Source: a virus
Taxonomy: Duplodnaviria; Heunggongvirae; Uroviricota; Caudoviricetes
Direction: 5' to 3' (one strand)
IMG/VR virus record: IMGVR_UViG_3300034069_000533
Location: 65,947-129,946 of that record
DNA length: 64,000 nucleotides
The notes under the pieces are model-generated. The model did no database searches. It had not been told where the DNA came from and saw nothing but the letters and a program-made list of their open reading frames with translations. Every line of letters starts with the position of its first letter. The stretch's first letter is position 1. Positions 8,232 through 17,057 of this stretch are shown here, piece after piece. A program made the position numbers and the translations under genes.

Positions 8232-11200
8232 CTTAATAGCGCCTTCGCTCTTTCTAGTGCCGAAGTCTTAACTTGCACAATTTCAAATGCGTCGCTTAAT
8301 CCGTCAACAATATCATCATGCGCACCGCCGGGAAACGTACCTAATTCTTCTAATAAAAACCTATTCCAATCGCCGCGAAGCATAAAAACATTGCCTGCAT
8401 TAACCTGACTGGCAAATGGCGCGGCGCGCGTTGCCTTGTCGCCGGTCGGCCGGGAAATGCTGATCTTGTAGCCCGCCAGTTTGCGTGACAGGTATTGGAC
8501 TTGCGCCTTACCAGCTTGGCCAGGGTCTTGCGGCAAGCGGATGGTGACGTTTTTGCCGTCCTGGCTGGCTGTCCCTGTAAGCAATCGCTCAACATCATCC
8601 GGCCCGCCACGCTCGCGCTTAAGGTCGGCAATGACGTAGCCGCCATTGGGCATCCTGCCGAGTAAGGGTCCAGCGGTCCAGTCTGGATCACGCCCGCCGG
8701 TTTCTGCGGTGCTGGCCAAATCCCAAGCGCGGCAAAACGTGCAACCGACAGGGACCGCATCAATGATTTGGATATTGCCGGTTTTAAAAATGGAGCCTTC
8801 CAACGGGCGCGGGCTTTGCTGGTAAAGCGAAAACCAATCGCGCTGACCGGGGCCTTTTTCGGACTCGGCTTTGATCTTTAGGATTTCAGCAGCGTAGCCG
8901 TAAGAATCGTCGGCCCATAACATTTCGCCCGGAGCGCGGCCTAATTGATCGTTTTCTTCGGCAATGGCCGGGATTTTAATGACTTCCCAATCGCCAAAAT
9001 CATCTTGTAATAATCGTCCAGCTAAATCGTCCTCGTGCCAGCGTGTATTATGGCTAACCAAGCCATTTGCAATAAAATTTTCTGTATTCGCAATTTGAAC
9101 GTCAAAAACCTCCTCAACCCCCGCCGGGGTTATCGTCTGGATTTGGTCTAGCGTGAAGTCGCAAATAGGCGGCAAGCGCATCTGCGGCTTCTGACGTTTT
9201 AATATAGCCTGCTGCAAGGTTGCAATCATTGCAGAGAAGCGCCCGCACTTTGCCGGAATCGTGGCAATGGTCAACGCACAATTTTCCGCCCCAATGGGCG
9301 CGAACGTTTTTGCCGGGAGGTTGCCCGCAAACAGCGCATAATCCATTTTGCTGCTTAACAAAGGCGTCGTAAATTTCTGCTGTAATTCCGTAGCGGTGTT
9401 TAATATGCGCCGCGCGCCTGTCTTTAGCATTAACGGAAGGCGGTCGCACGCCATCCGCCCAACGCTTTTTATTGTAATGAGACGCGCAATATCCGCGCAC
9501 CCTAACCGGCTTGCCGCAGCCCTCATGGGCGCAATTGATGCCTTTCCACTTACCCCATTGGCCCGGAAGATTTCTTGCCCCTGGCGTAAGTTTCTCGTCC
9601 TGATCCATTGCGGCTGTCCATTAACGCTCACAAGGAACGGATGCCTTGCGTTTGCCCGGACAGTTTTACCCGAAGTCATCTTGATTTCAAAGACTGGATC
9701 AGGACCATTATTTTTCCAGTTTAGCACTTTTGATGTTGACAAAACGCCATTATCATATGTCGCAACATTGTCGCCAACCCGAATGTCCCTAAGCGGCCTC
9801 TCTGATCCATCGTGCATTAAAACCGGAGTGTCGCCGGTCATACACTGGACCAAGCACACGGACGCGCCCGGCTTTAAACGAGTGCGTAAATCGGCCCTAT
9901 ACCAGTTATAAGCCTTTTCCCGATATGTCGGGCTGTCAGCGTCAGCCCGTGACTTTACCGGGTCATCAATAATAGCGCAGTTATGAACAAGTAAACCATT
10001 TGCAAAAAAGCATTCCGTATCTTCTATTTGCAAATCATAAACGTCTTTTTCTCCGCATACTCGCTCAACCATGGCCACAGAATCACAGACGGAATTGAAC
10101 GCTCCGCTGCGTGAAGTTTGGTGTGGCATGAGCGACAAAGAATAACTAAATTCTCTAATCTGTGATCCGTTGGATTCATATTTATATGATGCACATTCGG
10201 GTTTTTGTCCGAATTGCACACCACGCATTTCAAACTGTCGCGCTCCCAAATCTTCTGTTTCGCAGCAAACCATTGCCGCGTCATGCCGCGATCCGATCCG
10301 TTCCCGTGCCGCCAAGCTGGATTTGCTTTGCCCTTCATTAATTCCGAATGGCTGGCGTTCTTGCATTTCACACTGCAATAAGCCCCGGTTCCCGCATGCG
10401 TCTTCGGCGTGAACGTATCTCCGCATGCTTGACAAGCTCGCGCCAGAATGGGCTTGCGTCTCATGTCCGCAGCCTTGCGGACCCCATCCACTCGACAAGC
10501 TTCTGAGCAAGTTGAACGCGTGCGAGGCATTCCCTCCAACGAATTGCCACAAGCTACGCAGGTTCGATCCAGCATCCCCCGCGCCGCGTTCGTCGTGCGA
10601 GTTGAGCATGTTTTGCCGCAGTAAAGTGGCCGGTCGGGGAATTTCCTGACTTCCGCCGCAAGCCTCTCGCCCGGCGCTTGGCATCGCGCGCAGGAGAACG
10701 TCAGCCACAGCGAGGGACGCAGCTTGTGTCCAACCGTTAGCAGTTTTGAATCTATGGTTTCCCGTTGCTTCAACCACTTTTCCAGCGGCAGAGCTAATCC
10801 GCCAGATATTCGCGGACTTGCGCCTAGCGACAGCAACCACTCGCTTAAAAACTGTTTTATTGGTGCGTTCGTCATAAGACAAAACATAGCCGGTTTTCGT
10901 GCCGGGCAAAACGTCTTCAATCGGGACTTCACCTAACGGTGTCGTTACCATCGTTCCCGCAACGATGCAATCTGCACGGAAGCCAGCAATACCGCCACCA
11001 ACACCGGCAGATTTATAAGTGCATCCGTTGGACGCGCTCCACATTTCTACAGATTCATTTAATAGGCCATAACCTAAAATATCTTCATTATCTTTAATCA
11101 TTGTCTGCACACGCTTGCTAAATGAATCAGCAAGCGATGACGTGTGCGAAGCTGCCAAAATATTCCTATTGGGAAAATTCAGCATATACCATGCTGGAAA

Positions 11201-11476
11201 CAATACGCTAACGTAAGTAGATTTGGCCGATCCTGGCGGCATCGTAACGATTAATCGCTTAATGTCACCACGCGCCACGGCTTCTAGTTTGGAAATTAAA
11301 AAACGATGGTGAAGCGCTGGCTCCTGTTTTAAGGGATGCAACGCATACGTCGCCCAATCAGTTAAGCTTGCTTTTATCCGGCGTTTCAGAATCTCCGTCA
11401 GCTTGACTCGCAAGGAAGCTGGCAAGTTCGTCTCTAAAAGCCGCGTCAAGTTCTTCGTTGTTAAGTGCTGCGACAT
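8228..11476 (-). CDS. terL: terminase large subunit interrupted by two inteins
   Basis: Walker A PPGSAKST in the N-extein. Intein 1 runs from C-IVAGTMVTTPLG (block A), through TGNH (block B), to FANGLLVHN-C. Intein 2 runs from C-MTGDTPVL through ARHPF to FIANGLVSHN-T. The C-extein resumes with TRWHEDDLAGRL, a terminase nuclease motif. The reading frame stays open for 1082 codons. Confidence 0.75.
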   Translation of the reverse strand: MSQHLTTKNLTRLLETNLPASLRVKLTEILKRRIKASLTDWATYALHPLKQEPALHHRFLISKLEAVARGDIKRLIVTMPPGSAKSTYVSVLFPAWYMLNFPNRNILAASHTSSLADSFSKRVQTMIKDNEDILGYGLLNESVEMWSASNGCTYKSAGVGGGIAGFRADCIVAGTMVTTPLGEVPIEDVLPGTKTGYVLSYDERTNKTVFKRVVAVARRKSANIWRISSAAGKVVEATGNHRFKTANGWTQAASLAVADVLLRAMPSAGREACGGSQEIPRPATLLRQNMLNSHDERGAGDAGSNLRSLWQFVGGNASHAFNLLRSLSSGWGPQGCGHETQAHSGASLSSMRRYVHAEDACGNRGLLQCEMQERQPFGINEGQSKSSLAARERIGSRHDAAMVCCETEDLGARQFEMRGVQFGQKPECASYKYESNGSQIREFSYSLSLMPHQTSRSGAFNSVCDSVAMVERVCGEKDVYDLQIEDTECFFANGLLVHNCAIIDDPVKSRADADSPTYREKAYNWYRADLRTRLKPGASVCLVQCMTGDTPVLMHDGSERPLRDIRVGDNVATYDNGVLSTSKVLNWKNNGPDPVFEIKMTSGKTVRANARHPFLVSVNGQPQWIRTRNLRQGQEIFRANGVSGKASIAPMRAAASRLGCADIARLITIKSVGRMACDRLPLMLKTGARRILNTATELQQKFTTPLLSSKMDYALFAGNLPAKTFAPIGAENCALTIATIPAKCGRFSAMIATLQQAILKRQKPQMRLPPICDFTLDQIQTITPAGVEEVFDVQIANTENFIANGLVSHNTRWHEDDLAGRLLQDDFGDWEVIKIPAIAEENDQLGRAPGEMLWADDSYGYAAEILKIKAESEKGPGQRDWFSLYQQSPRPLEGSIFKTGNIQIIDAVPVGCTFCRAWDLASTAETGGRDPDWTAGPLLGRMPNGGYVIADLKRERGGPDDVERLLTGTASQDGKNVTIRLPQDPGQAGKAQVQYLSRKLAGYKISISRPTGDKATRAAPFASQVNAGNVFMLRGDWNRFLLEELGTFPGGAHDDIVDGLSDAFEIVQVKTSALERAKALLR
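9114..9608 (-). CDS. HNH endonuclease ORF nested in intein 2 of terL, in a different frame
   Basis: 164 aa with CAHEGCG...CASHYNKKRW...CAVCGQ...LCVDHCHDSGKVRALLCNDCN, a clear HNH/EndoVII-like signature; frame offset relative to terL. Confidence 0.55.
   Translation of the reverse strand: MDQDEKLTPGARNLPGQWGKWKGINCAHEGCGKPVRVRGYCASHYNKKRWADGVRPPSVNAKDRRAAHIKHRYGITAEIYDAFVKQQNGLCAVCGQPPGKNVRAHWGGKLCVDHCHDSGKVRALLCNDCNLAAGYIKTSEAADALAAYLRLHARPNPDDNPGGG
10024..10932 (-). CDS. Zn-finger/HNH endonuclease ORF nested in intein 1 of terL, in a different frame
   Basis: 302 aa; the C-terminal half has several CxxC pairs and CVVCNSDKNPNVHHIN...DHRLENLVILCRSCHTKLH (HNH); the N-terminal ~90 aa overlap the Hint N-domain and look non-protein-like. 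Confidence 0.45.
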   Translation of the reverse strand: MKSRLKTFCPARKPAMFCLMTNAPIKQFLSEWLLSLGASPRISGGLALPLEKWLKQRETIDSKLLTVGHKLRPSLWLTFSCARCQAPGERLAAEVRKFPDRPLYCGKTCSTRTTNAARGMLDRTCVACGNSLEGMPRTRSTCSEACRVDGVRKAADMRRKPILARACQACGDTFTPKTHAGTGAYCSVKCKNASHSELMKGKANPAWRHGNGSDRGMTRQWFAAKQKIWERDSLKCVVCNSDKNPNVHHINMNPTDHRLENLVILCRSCHTKLHAAERSIPSVILWPWLSEYAEKKTFMICK

Positions 11477-11741
11477 TTAATGATCCGGTTAAATCAACGC
11501 TCTGCTTTGGCTTGCCCCAACCACGGTCAAGAATTTCCTTGGCCGCAGAAACGCGCGCTGCCGCTGGCTGCTTACCGTTCTTTGCAATGCCAACTAATGT
11601 GGTAATTGCAAGGTCAGTATGCTTGCGCGCCTCTGCCTCAAGCTGCGCAAAGGTTTCAATATAGGTTTCTGGCTTAACTTTGCTGCGCCTGCCCCGGTTT
11701 TCCGAGGCAAGCGGCTGATTCATGTCATTAAACTTGACCAT
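11358..11741 (-). CDS. putative terminase small subunit
   Basis: 127-aa basic/acidic ORF immediately upstream of terL; position only. Confidence 0.3.
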   Translation of the reverse strand: MVKFNDMNQPLASENRGRRSKVKPETYIETFAQLEAEARKHTDLAITTLVGIAKNGKQPAAARVSAAKEILDRGWGKPKQSVDLTGSLNVAALNNEELDAAFRDELASFLASQADGDSETPDKSKLN

Positions 11742-11759
11742 AATAAAACACCCAATTAA

Positions 11760-12164
11760 TTACCCATATTGTGCCTTGCGCAGAGCGTCGCGCGCAACAG
11801 CCGCGTCCGTCCGCTCTTTCATTCTGGCCGAGAAAGCGGCTTGCCGGGGATCGTACCCATTCAAGTCCTCACCCTTAACGAAGCTCATGCCAGCCGCGAT
11901 AGGCTCCGGGGCAGGCTCCGTCACGGGCTTTGGCATCGGGAGGCGCTGAGACAGCATCACCGCCGCCTCTGCCGCCTCCTGGCAGCGCTTGGCCACGTCT
12001 GGCGAGCCTAGCCGGGTTAGCTCGCGCGCCGCCTCTAGCAGCGTGTCAGCCTGCGCCATGATGGCGGCGCTGTGGGCCTCAGCCGCCAGCCGGTCAGCCT
12101 CGCGCTTGCGCGCGGAACGCTCTGTTGCACTCATCGCCCGGTCGCCAATAGGTCGCTGACCCAT
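11760..12164 (-). CDS. hypothetical protein
   Basis: 134-aa ORF with RBS tccttctc-type leader upstream. Confidence 0.35.
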   Translation of the reverse strand: MGQRPIGDRAMSATERSARKREADRLAAEAHSAAIMAQADTLLEAARELTRLGSPDVAKRCQEAAEAAVMLSQRLPMPKPVTEPAPEPIAAGMSFVKGEDLNGYDPRQAAFSARMKERTDAAVARDALRKAQYG

Positions 12165-12210
12165 AAATCTAGTCCTTCTCTATCTAGTGCGTTCGTAACT
12201 ATACGTTTAT

Positions 12211-12414
12211 TTAGGCGCCGAAACTGAATTGGTCAAGGTCTTTATGCGCTAGCTCGATAGCTTTTAGCAGGCTGCGCCTCTCACCCCGGCACAGCGTATA
12301 TTCTGAAAGGTCAATCGTTAAATCACAGCATTCGGACTTTTTTATTTTCTCCACCCGATTCCGCAGCTTGCGCAACGCTTCAACTTCTTCGGGCGTAAAC
12401 CATTGCTCATTCAT
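12211..12414 (-). CDS. hypothetical small protein (start moved to internal MNEQW)
   Basis: 67 aa; the adjusted start avoids overlap with the upstream gene. Confidence 0.3.
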   Translation of the reverse strand: MNEQWFTPEEVEALRKLRNRVEKIKKSECCDLTIDLSEYTLCRGERRSLLKAIELAHKDLDQFSFGA

Positions 12415-12415
12415 A

Positions 12416-12784
12416 TCAAAGAGTATCCTTCGCTGATTCACTTGCCGCGATCCTGCTGAGGTTTGGGCCTTCGTACCAAAACACAACCCGTGGCGGCTCG
12501 TTGTAGATCGTCAGGGCGTGCGGGTCGGCGTAGGCATAGCGCCGGACTGCCTTGCGAATCGTGGCGCCGGTCTGCTGTGCGGTATCAACGACAAGCAAGC
12601 GCCCTAGATGCGCTGGCGCTATGGCGCCGTAGGGGATGAACGGCACGCCTTGCCAGTGGCTTGCGTAGACCGCAGCGATGGCACCTGAGCGCCCCGGCCC
12701 GGTCACGGACCCGATGCCCGGCGGCAGGTTGTCCAACGCTTGCTTTAGGGTCCAAGCGAATTCACGCTCAGTGATTATTCGCAT
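12416..12784 (-). CDS. phosphoribosyltransferase-like domain protein
   Basis: 122 aa with the PRTase type-I PRPP-binding motif LLVVDTAQQTGATI and an upstream GxP loop. Confidence 0.4.
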   Translation of the reverse strand: MRIITEREFAWTLKQALDNLPPGIGSVTGPGRSGAIAAVYASHWQGVPFIPYGAIAPAHLGRLLVVDTAQQTGATIRKAVRRYAYADPHALTIYNEPPRVVFWYEGPNLSRIAASESAKDTL

Positions 12785-12970
12785 TTTTATTGGTTGTCCT
12801 TCTCACTATTTTTGCCACGCGCTCTGGCGTGATCGTTGTTCGGATTATAGCCAATCCACCCGGCGGGCATTCGTGCGGACAAGGCCAACAAAATAGCCGA
12901 TTATTGTTAGCCCTATCCTCGCGGATTACCTCGCCCATTCCCCAACATAGCGAGCAATTCAAATTCAATG

Positions 12971-13186
12971 TCAATCCTCCTTTTTAAACAATGGCCGCAT
13001 CGTTGTCTTGCCGTCCTTTTCGTAAACTACCCTGGCATTTTCTCCGCACTCGTTAACAAGCAAATCGTACATGGCCAGCGCGTTGGTAAATATTTGCGCT
13101 TGGCCCTTGCCGGTGCGCCGCTCAAGCTCATTAAGCATGGTTATTGTCTCAGGCGTCGCGGTCAGCATAATGATTTCACGCTGCAT
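12971..13186 (-). CDS. small putative DNA-binding protein (ribbon-helix-helix-like)
   Basis: 71-aa ORF; N-terminal b-strand plus helix pattern TPETITMLNELERRTGK. Confidence 0.3.
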   Translation of the reverse strand: MQREIIMLTATPETITMLNELERRTGKGQAQIFTNALAMYDLLVNECGENARVVYEKDGKTTMRPLFKKED

Positions 13187-13353
13187 TAGATTTTCCTCCC
13201 CTCGCCAAACGCTTCAATCAGCCGCTTGCGCGCATACGCCACAGTTACGCCAGCGGATTTAGCGGCCTCGCGCGCCATGGCGTCAATCTGGCGCTTGTCC
13301 GCCTCGCGGCGAAGTTGAGCCGGATCGGTGGCAGGCTTTTGCTCAGCGGCCAT
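13186..13353 (-). CDS. hypothetical small basic protein
   Basis: Start placed at aggaaaATGGCCGC; the same RBS and start context is duplicated at the next gene. Confidence 0.3.
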   Translation of the reverse strand: MAAEQKPATDPAQLRREADKRQIDAMAREAAKSAGVTVAYARKRLIEAFGEGRKI

Positions 13354-13561
13354 TTTCCTCCCTCCATTTCTGCGTTTCGCTTGGCGAAGCAATGCGGTCG
13401 GCCATGGCATAACACTCGCCGCGCCATAGCTCGGCAACTTCTGGCGGGCAGTTATCGGGCGCTTCAAATTCCTCCATGTATACCGCCCAATGCTGCCTAA
13501 TCCATTGCCGAGCGGCGTGCTTGGTCATCCGCCCGGTCTTCGTGGTGTCTTTAGCGGCCAT
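13343..13561 (-). CDS. hypothetical small protein
   Basis: Start placed at the second copy of aggaaaATGGCCGC. Confidence 0.3.
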   Translation of the reverse strand: MAAKDTTKTGRMTKHAARQWIRQHWAVYMEEFEAPDNCPPEVAELWRGECYAMADRIASPSETQKWREENGR

Positions 13562-13700
13562 TTTCCTGCCTCCTGCGCGAGCCGCCAATCCACCATCGGA
13601 TTTTATGCCGACGCCAAGGGTTGAATTTGGGCGGATTTGCAAAAGCAAAATAAAGGCGCTCAAGGAAGCTTTCGCGCCGTTTGTTTGTGTCGTCCATGCC

Positions 13701-14060
13701 TCACATGCTCCGCATTTCAAGGATGCGCGCCGCAGCGCCGGGGATCACAGCCAGGGCGTCCAGCGCGGCCAAGGATGCCCGCTGAGCGGCCCGCAGCGTC
13801 TTCCGGTGTAGGTTAACCGTCCGCATCGCCTGCGCCTTCTGGACGGCGCGCGGAGCCTGCCAGTTATGGGCCTCAACCCGCGCCCGGTTGGCGTGGCCAA
13901 GCTGCTTGCAGGCAACGCTATACAGATGCTCAGCGGAGGCCAGATCATCCAGAGCGCAGCGGAAAGCGTTGCGGAGCGCTTCGGCGTTGTCCATGGGCGC
14001 CACGATCTGCGGGGCATCGTAAACGGCGCAGATGGAGCGGCGGGGAACATCAAAAAACAT
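13701..14060 (-). CDS. hypothetical protein (first gene behind a consensus promoter cassette)
   Basis: 119-aa ORF; consensus cassette immediately upstream (14061-14120). Confidence 0.4.
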   Translation of the reverse strand: MFFDVPRRSICAVYDAPQIVAPMDNAEALRNAFRCALDDLASAEHLYSVACKQLGHANRARVEAHNWQAPRAVQKAQAMRTVNLHRKTLRAAQRASLAALDALAVIPGAAARILEMRSM

Positions 14061-14120
14061 TTGGTGGCTTCCTTCTCTCTGGCTCCTTTATAGCGTTAGG
14101 CACGGTATGCCGTCAACAGG
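14061..14120 (-). promoter_or_regulatory. consensus promoter-operator-leader cassette
   Basis: ttccttctctctg...atagcg-N-cacgg...gtcaac (plus-strand view), directly 5' of the start codon. Confidence 0.55.
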
Positions 14121-14148
14121 AAAAAGCGCCCGAAGGCGCTTTATTTTA
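14121..14148. terminator. bidirectional hairpin terminator
   Basis: aaaaagcgcccgaaggcgctttatttt. Confidence 0.6.
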
Positions 14149-14343
14149 AGCTAAAACTGCACGGTCAACGCTGACCCATGCTCCATCGGACTTTCGCTGA
14201 ATGCGGGCCTTGTCGTCATTGCCCCAACGACGCCAATACCATTCCCGCGCTTGTTCATCGTCGTTCAGATGCATTGCCTCTTGGACGCGCAAAGCGCCAC
14301 CATAGCCCTTGACAATTCGGTATTCGCTCTGTCCAGCACGCAT
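14146..14343 (-). CDS. hypothetical small protein
   Basis: 65-aa ORF downstream of 14357..14662 in the same transcription unit; terminator follows at 14121-14148. Confidence 0.35.
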   Translation of the reverse strand: MRAGQSEYRIVKGYGGALRVQEAMHLNDDEQAREWYWRRWGNDDKARIQRKSDGAWVSVDRAVLA

Positions 14344-14356
14344 TTTTATTTATCCC

Positions 14357-14662
14357 TTACAGGTTAAGATCAAAGCCGGTGGCGGTGCGGATTACCTGCC
14401 GCAAGCTGTCGGCATACACGCCCGAATGCTCACCCTTGTTGGTGCAGTTGATGCCGCGCACCGAGAAAAACTCAACATTATAAGTGTCGTCGGAGGTCAA
14501 CGTCACCCGCAGCTTATTGGCCTTATTCTTGGCGCCGCGACCGATGCTGAGCATAAGGCTACGCTCGCCGTACACCATGGCCGAGACGCCAACCATGGCG
14601 CAAAACTGATTGCCGCCAAGCTGAGCGAGGATGGCGGCGGGCACTTCGGGCAGGTTCGGCAT
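14357..14662 (-). CDS. hypothetical protein
   Basis: 101-aa ORF with the consensus cassette upstream. Confidence 0.4.
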   Translation of the reverse strand: MPNLPEVPAAILAQLGGNQFCAMVGVSAMVYGERSLMLSIGRGAKNKANKLRVTLTSDDTYNVEFFSVRGINCTNKGEHSGVYADSLRQVIRTATGFDLNL

Positions 14663-14720
14663 GGTGTGTGTTCCTTCTTTCTAAAGCCAATATACCGTGC
14701 CGAACGCTACACGTCAACAG
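14663..14720 (-). promoter_or_regulatory. consensus promoter-operator-leader cassette
   Basis: Same cassette. Confidence 0.55.
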
Positions 14721-14893
14721 CTAATTTTACTCGCTGCGAGCCTCAACGGAATGCGGCAAGTCGCCGCCATTCTCCTTCTTCCACATGGCCTCACCCTTGG
14801 CCGCAGCGGCAGAGGCGCTAAGCGCCTCCACGGTCTGCCAGCTAGAGCCATTGATGATTAGGCGGAATTGCCGGGGTGTGGTGGCGTCTTTCA

Positions 14894-15196
14894 TTATGCC
14901 TGCCCCGCGCGATCATAAGTGGTGCCTCTGGAAACATGCCAACCGCGCGTTGCCGCCTCTGCGGCGCAGCGGAGCGCGGCAGAATACGCGGTAAGGTCGC
15001 CCGCCTTCATAAATTCAAGCGCCTGCCGCAGATAGTCGGCAGAATTGCGCACCGCTGCGCCACCCATAGTAATATCTCTATCCTCGCAAAGATCGCGGGA
15101 AGTGGACGTGCTTACCGCATCGCTCAGCTTGTCAACATCGGCCTTGAAGGCATCGCCCGTGTAGTGGATCGGGCGGGCTCGGTAGTGCTTCGTCAT
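14894..15196 (-). CDS. hypothetical protein
   Basis: 100-aa ORF with the consensus cassette upstream. Confidence 0.4.
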   Translation of the reverse strand: MTKHYRARPIHYTGDAFKADVDKLSDAVSTSTSRDLCEDRDITMGGAAVRNSADYLRQALEFMKAGDLTAYSAALRCAAEAATRGWHVSRGTTYDRAGQA

Positions 15197-15255
15197 TTGC
15201 TGTGCTCCTTCTCTCTGAAACCTTTATATCGTGCGGAACACAGAGCGTCAACAGC
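15197..15255 (-). promoter_or_regulatory. consensus promoter-operator-leader cassette
   Basis: Same cassette. Confidence 0.55.
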
Positions 15256-16037
15256 TATTTCCCGACATACTTAAAAATTATGTGGTTGGCCAACGCTACG
15301 GCCTCCGGGTTTGGCACGGTTGCGCCCTTGCCGGACTCGGCCTTGGCGTAGTCCCATGCCCGGTCAACCATGGCGTCCAGCACCCGCACGCGCCTGCCGT
15401 GGCCAAGCTCTGATGCGGTAGCCTTAGCCATCAGCAGGGCGGAAATGGCGTCACGCTCATCCTGCGATAGCTGCAAGCCGGTGCCGGTCAAAAGCTCACG
15501 CACATCCATGGGCGGGAAACCGCAAGCGTGTTCGCGCATCCACAGGATGCAGAGCGCCGGACGCACGACATACAAATAGCGTTTGAGATTAACCGTCTCA
15601 GGATCGGCCATGTATTTGCGCTTAATTTGGTCAATCATGGCGCGGTAATGGTAGAGTGCGGCAGAGCGGTTTTCTGACAGCTTGGCTAGCTCGCTCAGGT
15701 CAGTAAAAAACTCTGAATTAACAAAATAGCCGATAGGCGAATTCATCCACTCGCGTACCGTGCTGTTGCCAGCCAGCATAAGACTCAGCGCCTTGCGAAT
15801 ATCCCAACCCGACAGATCAAGGTCATCCGGCAAATGCGGGTATTCGATCACGTCGCGGGTCTGGCCGATTGAAAGATAGCGCTGGACGTTATGGGCGTAA
15901 ATAAATCGCACATCCCAATCACTATCCGGGCTAGGAAATCCCCATGCCCGGCTGCCGGATTCTACAGCAAGCAGCACTTGGCAGGAATGCCCGCGCTCAA
16001 TCGCGCGTAGCTCAGAAACGATGCGCTTATTGTCCAT
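15255..16037 (-). CDS. nucleotidyltransferase-fold protein (Pol-beta superfamily, minimal NTase)
   Basis: GSRAWGF...SDWD matches the NTase hG[GS]x9-13Dh[DE]h motif; ~260 aa with a helical C-terminus; start coupled (TAATG) to the upstream gene. Confidence 0.5.
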   Translation of the reverse strand: MDNKRIVSELRAIERGHSCQVLLAVESGSRAWGFPSPDSDWDVRFIYAHNVQRYLSIGQTRDVIEYPHLPDDLDLSGWDIRKALSLMLAGNSTVREWMNSPIGYFVNSEFFTDLSELAKLSENRSAALYHYRAMIDQIKRKYMADPETVNLKRYLYVVRPALCILWMREHACGFPPMDVRELLTGTGLQLSQDERDAISALLMAKATASELGHGRRVRVLDAMVDRAWDYAKAESGKGATVPNPEAVALANHIIFKYVGK

Positions 16038-16333
16038 TAGCAATCCTCCTCCATCTTCTTGCGGCAAAACAAAATTACGGCATCCTCGGTTGATCCGCGA
16101 AACACAATATCCGGGCGCTTGCCAGCCTTCGTGTCGTCCATTGTTACCGTGCTGGCATCGCGGACAACAAATGCTTGGTCATATTCGTTATGCTCGCCGC
16201 AGCGCCGCACAGTCCGCACCGCGTAAATGGCAAAGCGGCTGAGCGATCCTGGCATCATGGCAACGGACAATTCCTGCCCGGCAACCAAGTGCTTCGGGCT
16301 ATTGCCGGGATTGATAGTGCGCCAGTTAAGCAT
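16037..16333 (-). CDS. hypothetical protein
   Basis: 98-aa ORF, middle gene of a three-gene unit. Confidence 0.35.
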   Translation of the reverse strand: MLNWRTINPGNSPKHLVAGQELSVAMMPGSLSRFAIYAVRTVRRCGEHNEYDQAFVVRDASTVTMDDTKAGKRPDIVFRGSTEDAVILFCRKKMEEDC

Positions 16334-16357
16334 TTCTTTATTCCCTTAAAGGCTGGC

Positions 16358-16570
16358 TTACGCCAGCCGCGCCTTGACCTCAAAGTAGGTCCAAACCCGG
16401 CCCGTACCGTTGTCGTCCACAACGTACCCGCGATCCGCGTTGGCGTAGGGCATGCTGCTCGACATATCAGGGATCGCCTGAATGTTGATAATGCGGATGC
16501 CAGCCTTGGCCAGCTTGACAATCGCACGCTTGCCGAAATCGCGGTTCGCAATCTGAAGGGCAACGGACAT
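16358..16570 (-). CDS. hypothetical small protein
   Basis: 70-aa ORF; variant cassette with a hairpin inserted in the 5' leader. Confidence 0.35.
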   Translation of the reverse strand: MSVALQIANRDFGKRAIVKLAKAGIRIINIQAIPDMSSSMPYANADRGYVVDDNGTGRVWTYFEVKARLA

Positions 16571-16650
16571 TTTAGGCTTCCTTCTACTAGGCGGCAGGAT
16601 TGCCGCCCTCTCTGTTGAACCTAACTTAGCGTGGCAAACGCTATGCGTAA
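16571..16650 (-). promoter_or_regulatory. variant cassette with leader hairpin insertion and degenerate -35
   Basis: Hairpin gggcggcaatcctgccgcc lies between CAGAGAG and the RBS; -35 is CTTTAC. Confidence 0.45.
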
Positions 16651-16654
16651 AGCA

Positions 16655-16999
16655 CTAATCGCATTTAAAATTGCGTCCGTGGTTGCGTCCTTTGCATTCG
16701 CATTCACAATCGCCCATTGGCTTGGCGCCCATACAGCGCCAATCGCAAACATGAGGATCGGGCGTCACCAAAACGCGGATTGAACGCTCAACCGGGTAAA
16801 GCTTCAGCCCATCAGGATGGCCGAACGGCAAACCAACGCGCTTACCGGAAAGCTGGCGCGGACCTCGCACGTCCGGCCAATAATTCATCATTTGACCGGC
16901 GGCGCGAGTCTCAATTTCTTGCAGGGTGTAGTTACACACGTCCTTTAACTCGAAATCTTGATGAAAGTGGATCAGCTTTCCGACGCGACGCTTAGCCAT
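16655..16999 (-). CDS. Cys-rich small protein (paralog of 17044..17385)
   Basis: 114 aa; C-terminal CDWRC...CECECKGRNHGRNFKC metal-binding cluster; consensus cassette upstream. Confidence 0.4.
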   Translation of the reverse strand: MAKRRVGKLIHFHQDFELKDVCNYTLQEIETRAAGQMMNYWPDVRGPRQLSGKRVGLPFGHPDGLKLYPVERSIRVLVTPDPHVCDWRCMGAKPMGDCECECKGRNHGRNFKCD

Positions 17000-17057
17000 A
17001 ACGCATATTCCTTCTTCCTGACAGAAAGATAGCGTGCCGCACGTTATGCGTCAAGCG
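17000..17057 (-). promoter_or_regulatory. consensus promoter-operator-leader cassette
   Basis: Same cassette. Confidence 0.55.

Noticed and set aside
9114-10932. Treating the alt-frame HNH ORFs as artefacts of six-frame translation
   Set aside because: Both contain full HNH catalytic signatures and stay open for 165-300 codons in a GC-typical background where chance ORFs of that length are very unlikely. Kept as real but unexplained.
12795-12870. CACGC-N6-GCGTG inverted repeat, reverse orientation of the cassette half-sites
   Set aside because: Single occurrence with no promoter context. Probably coincidental.
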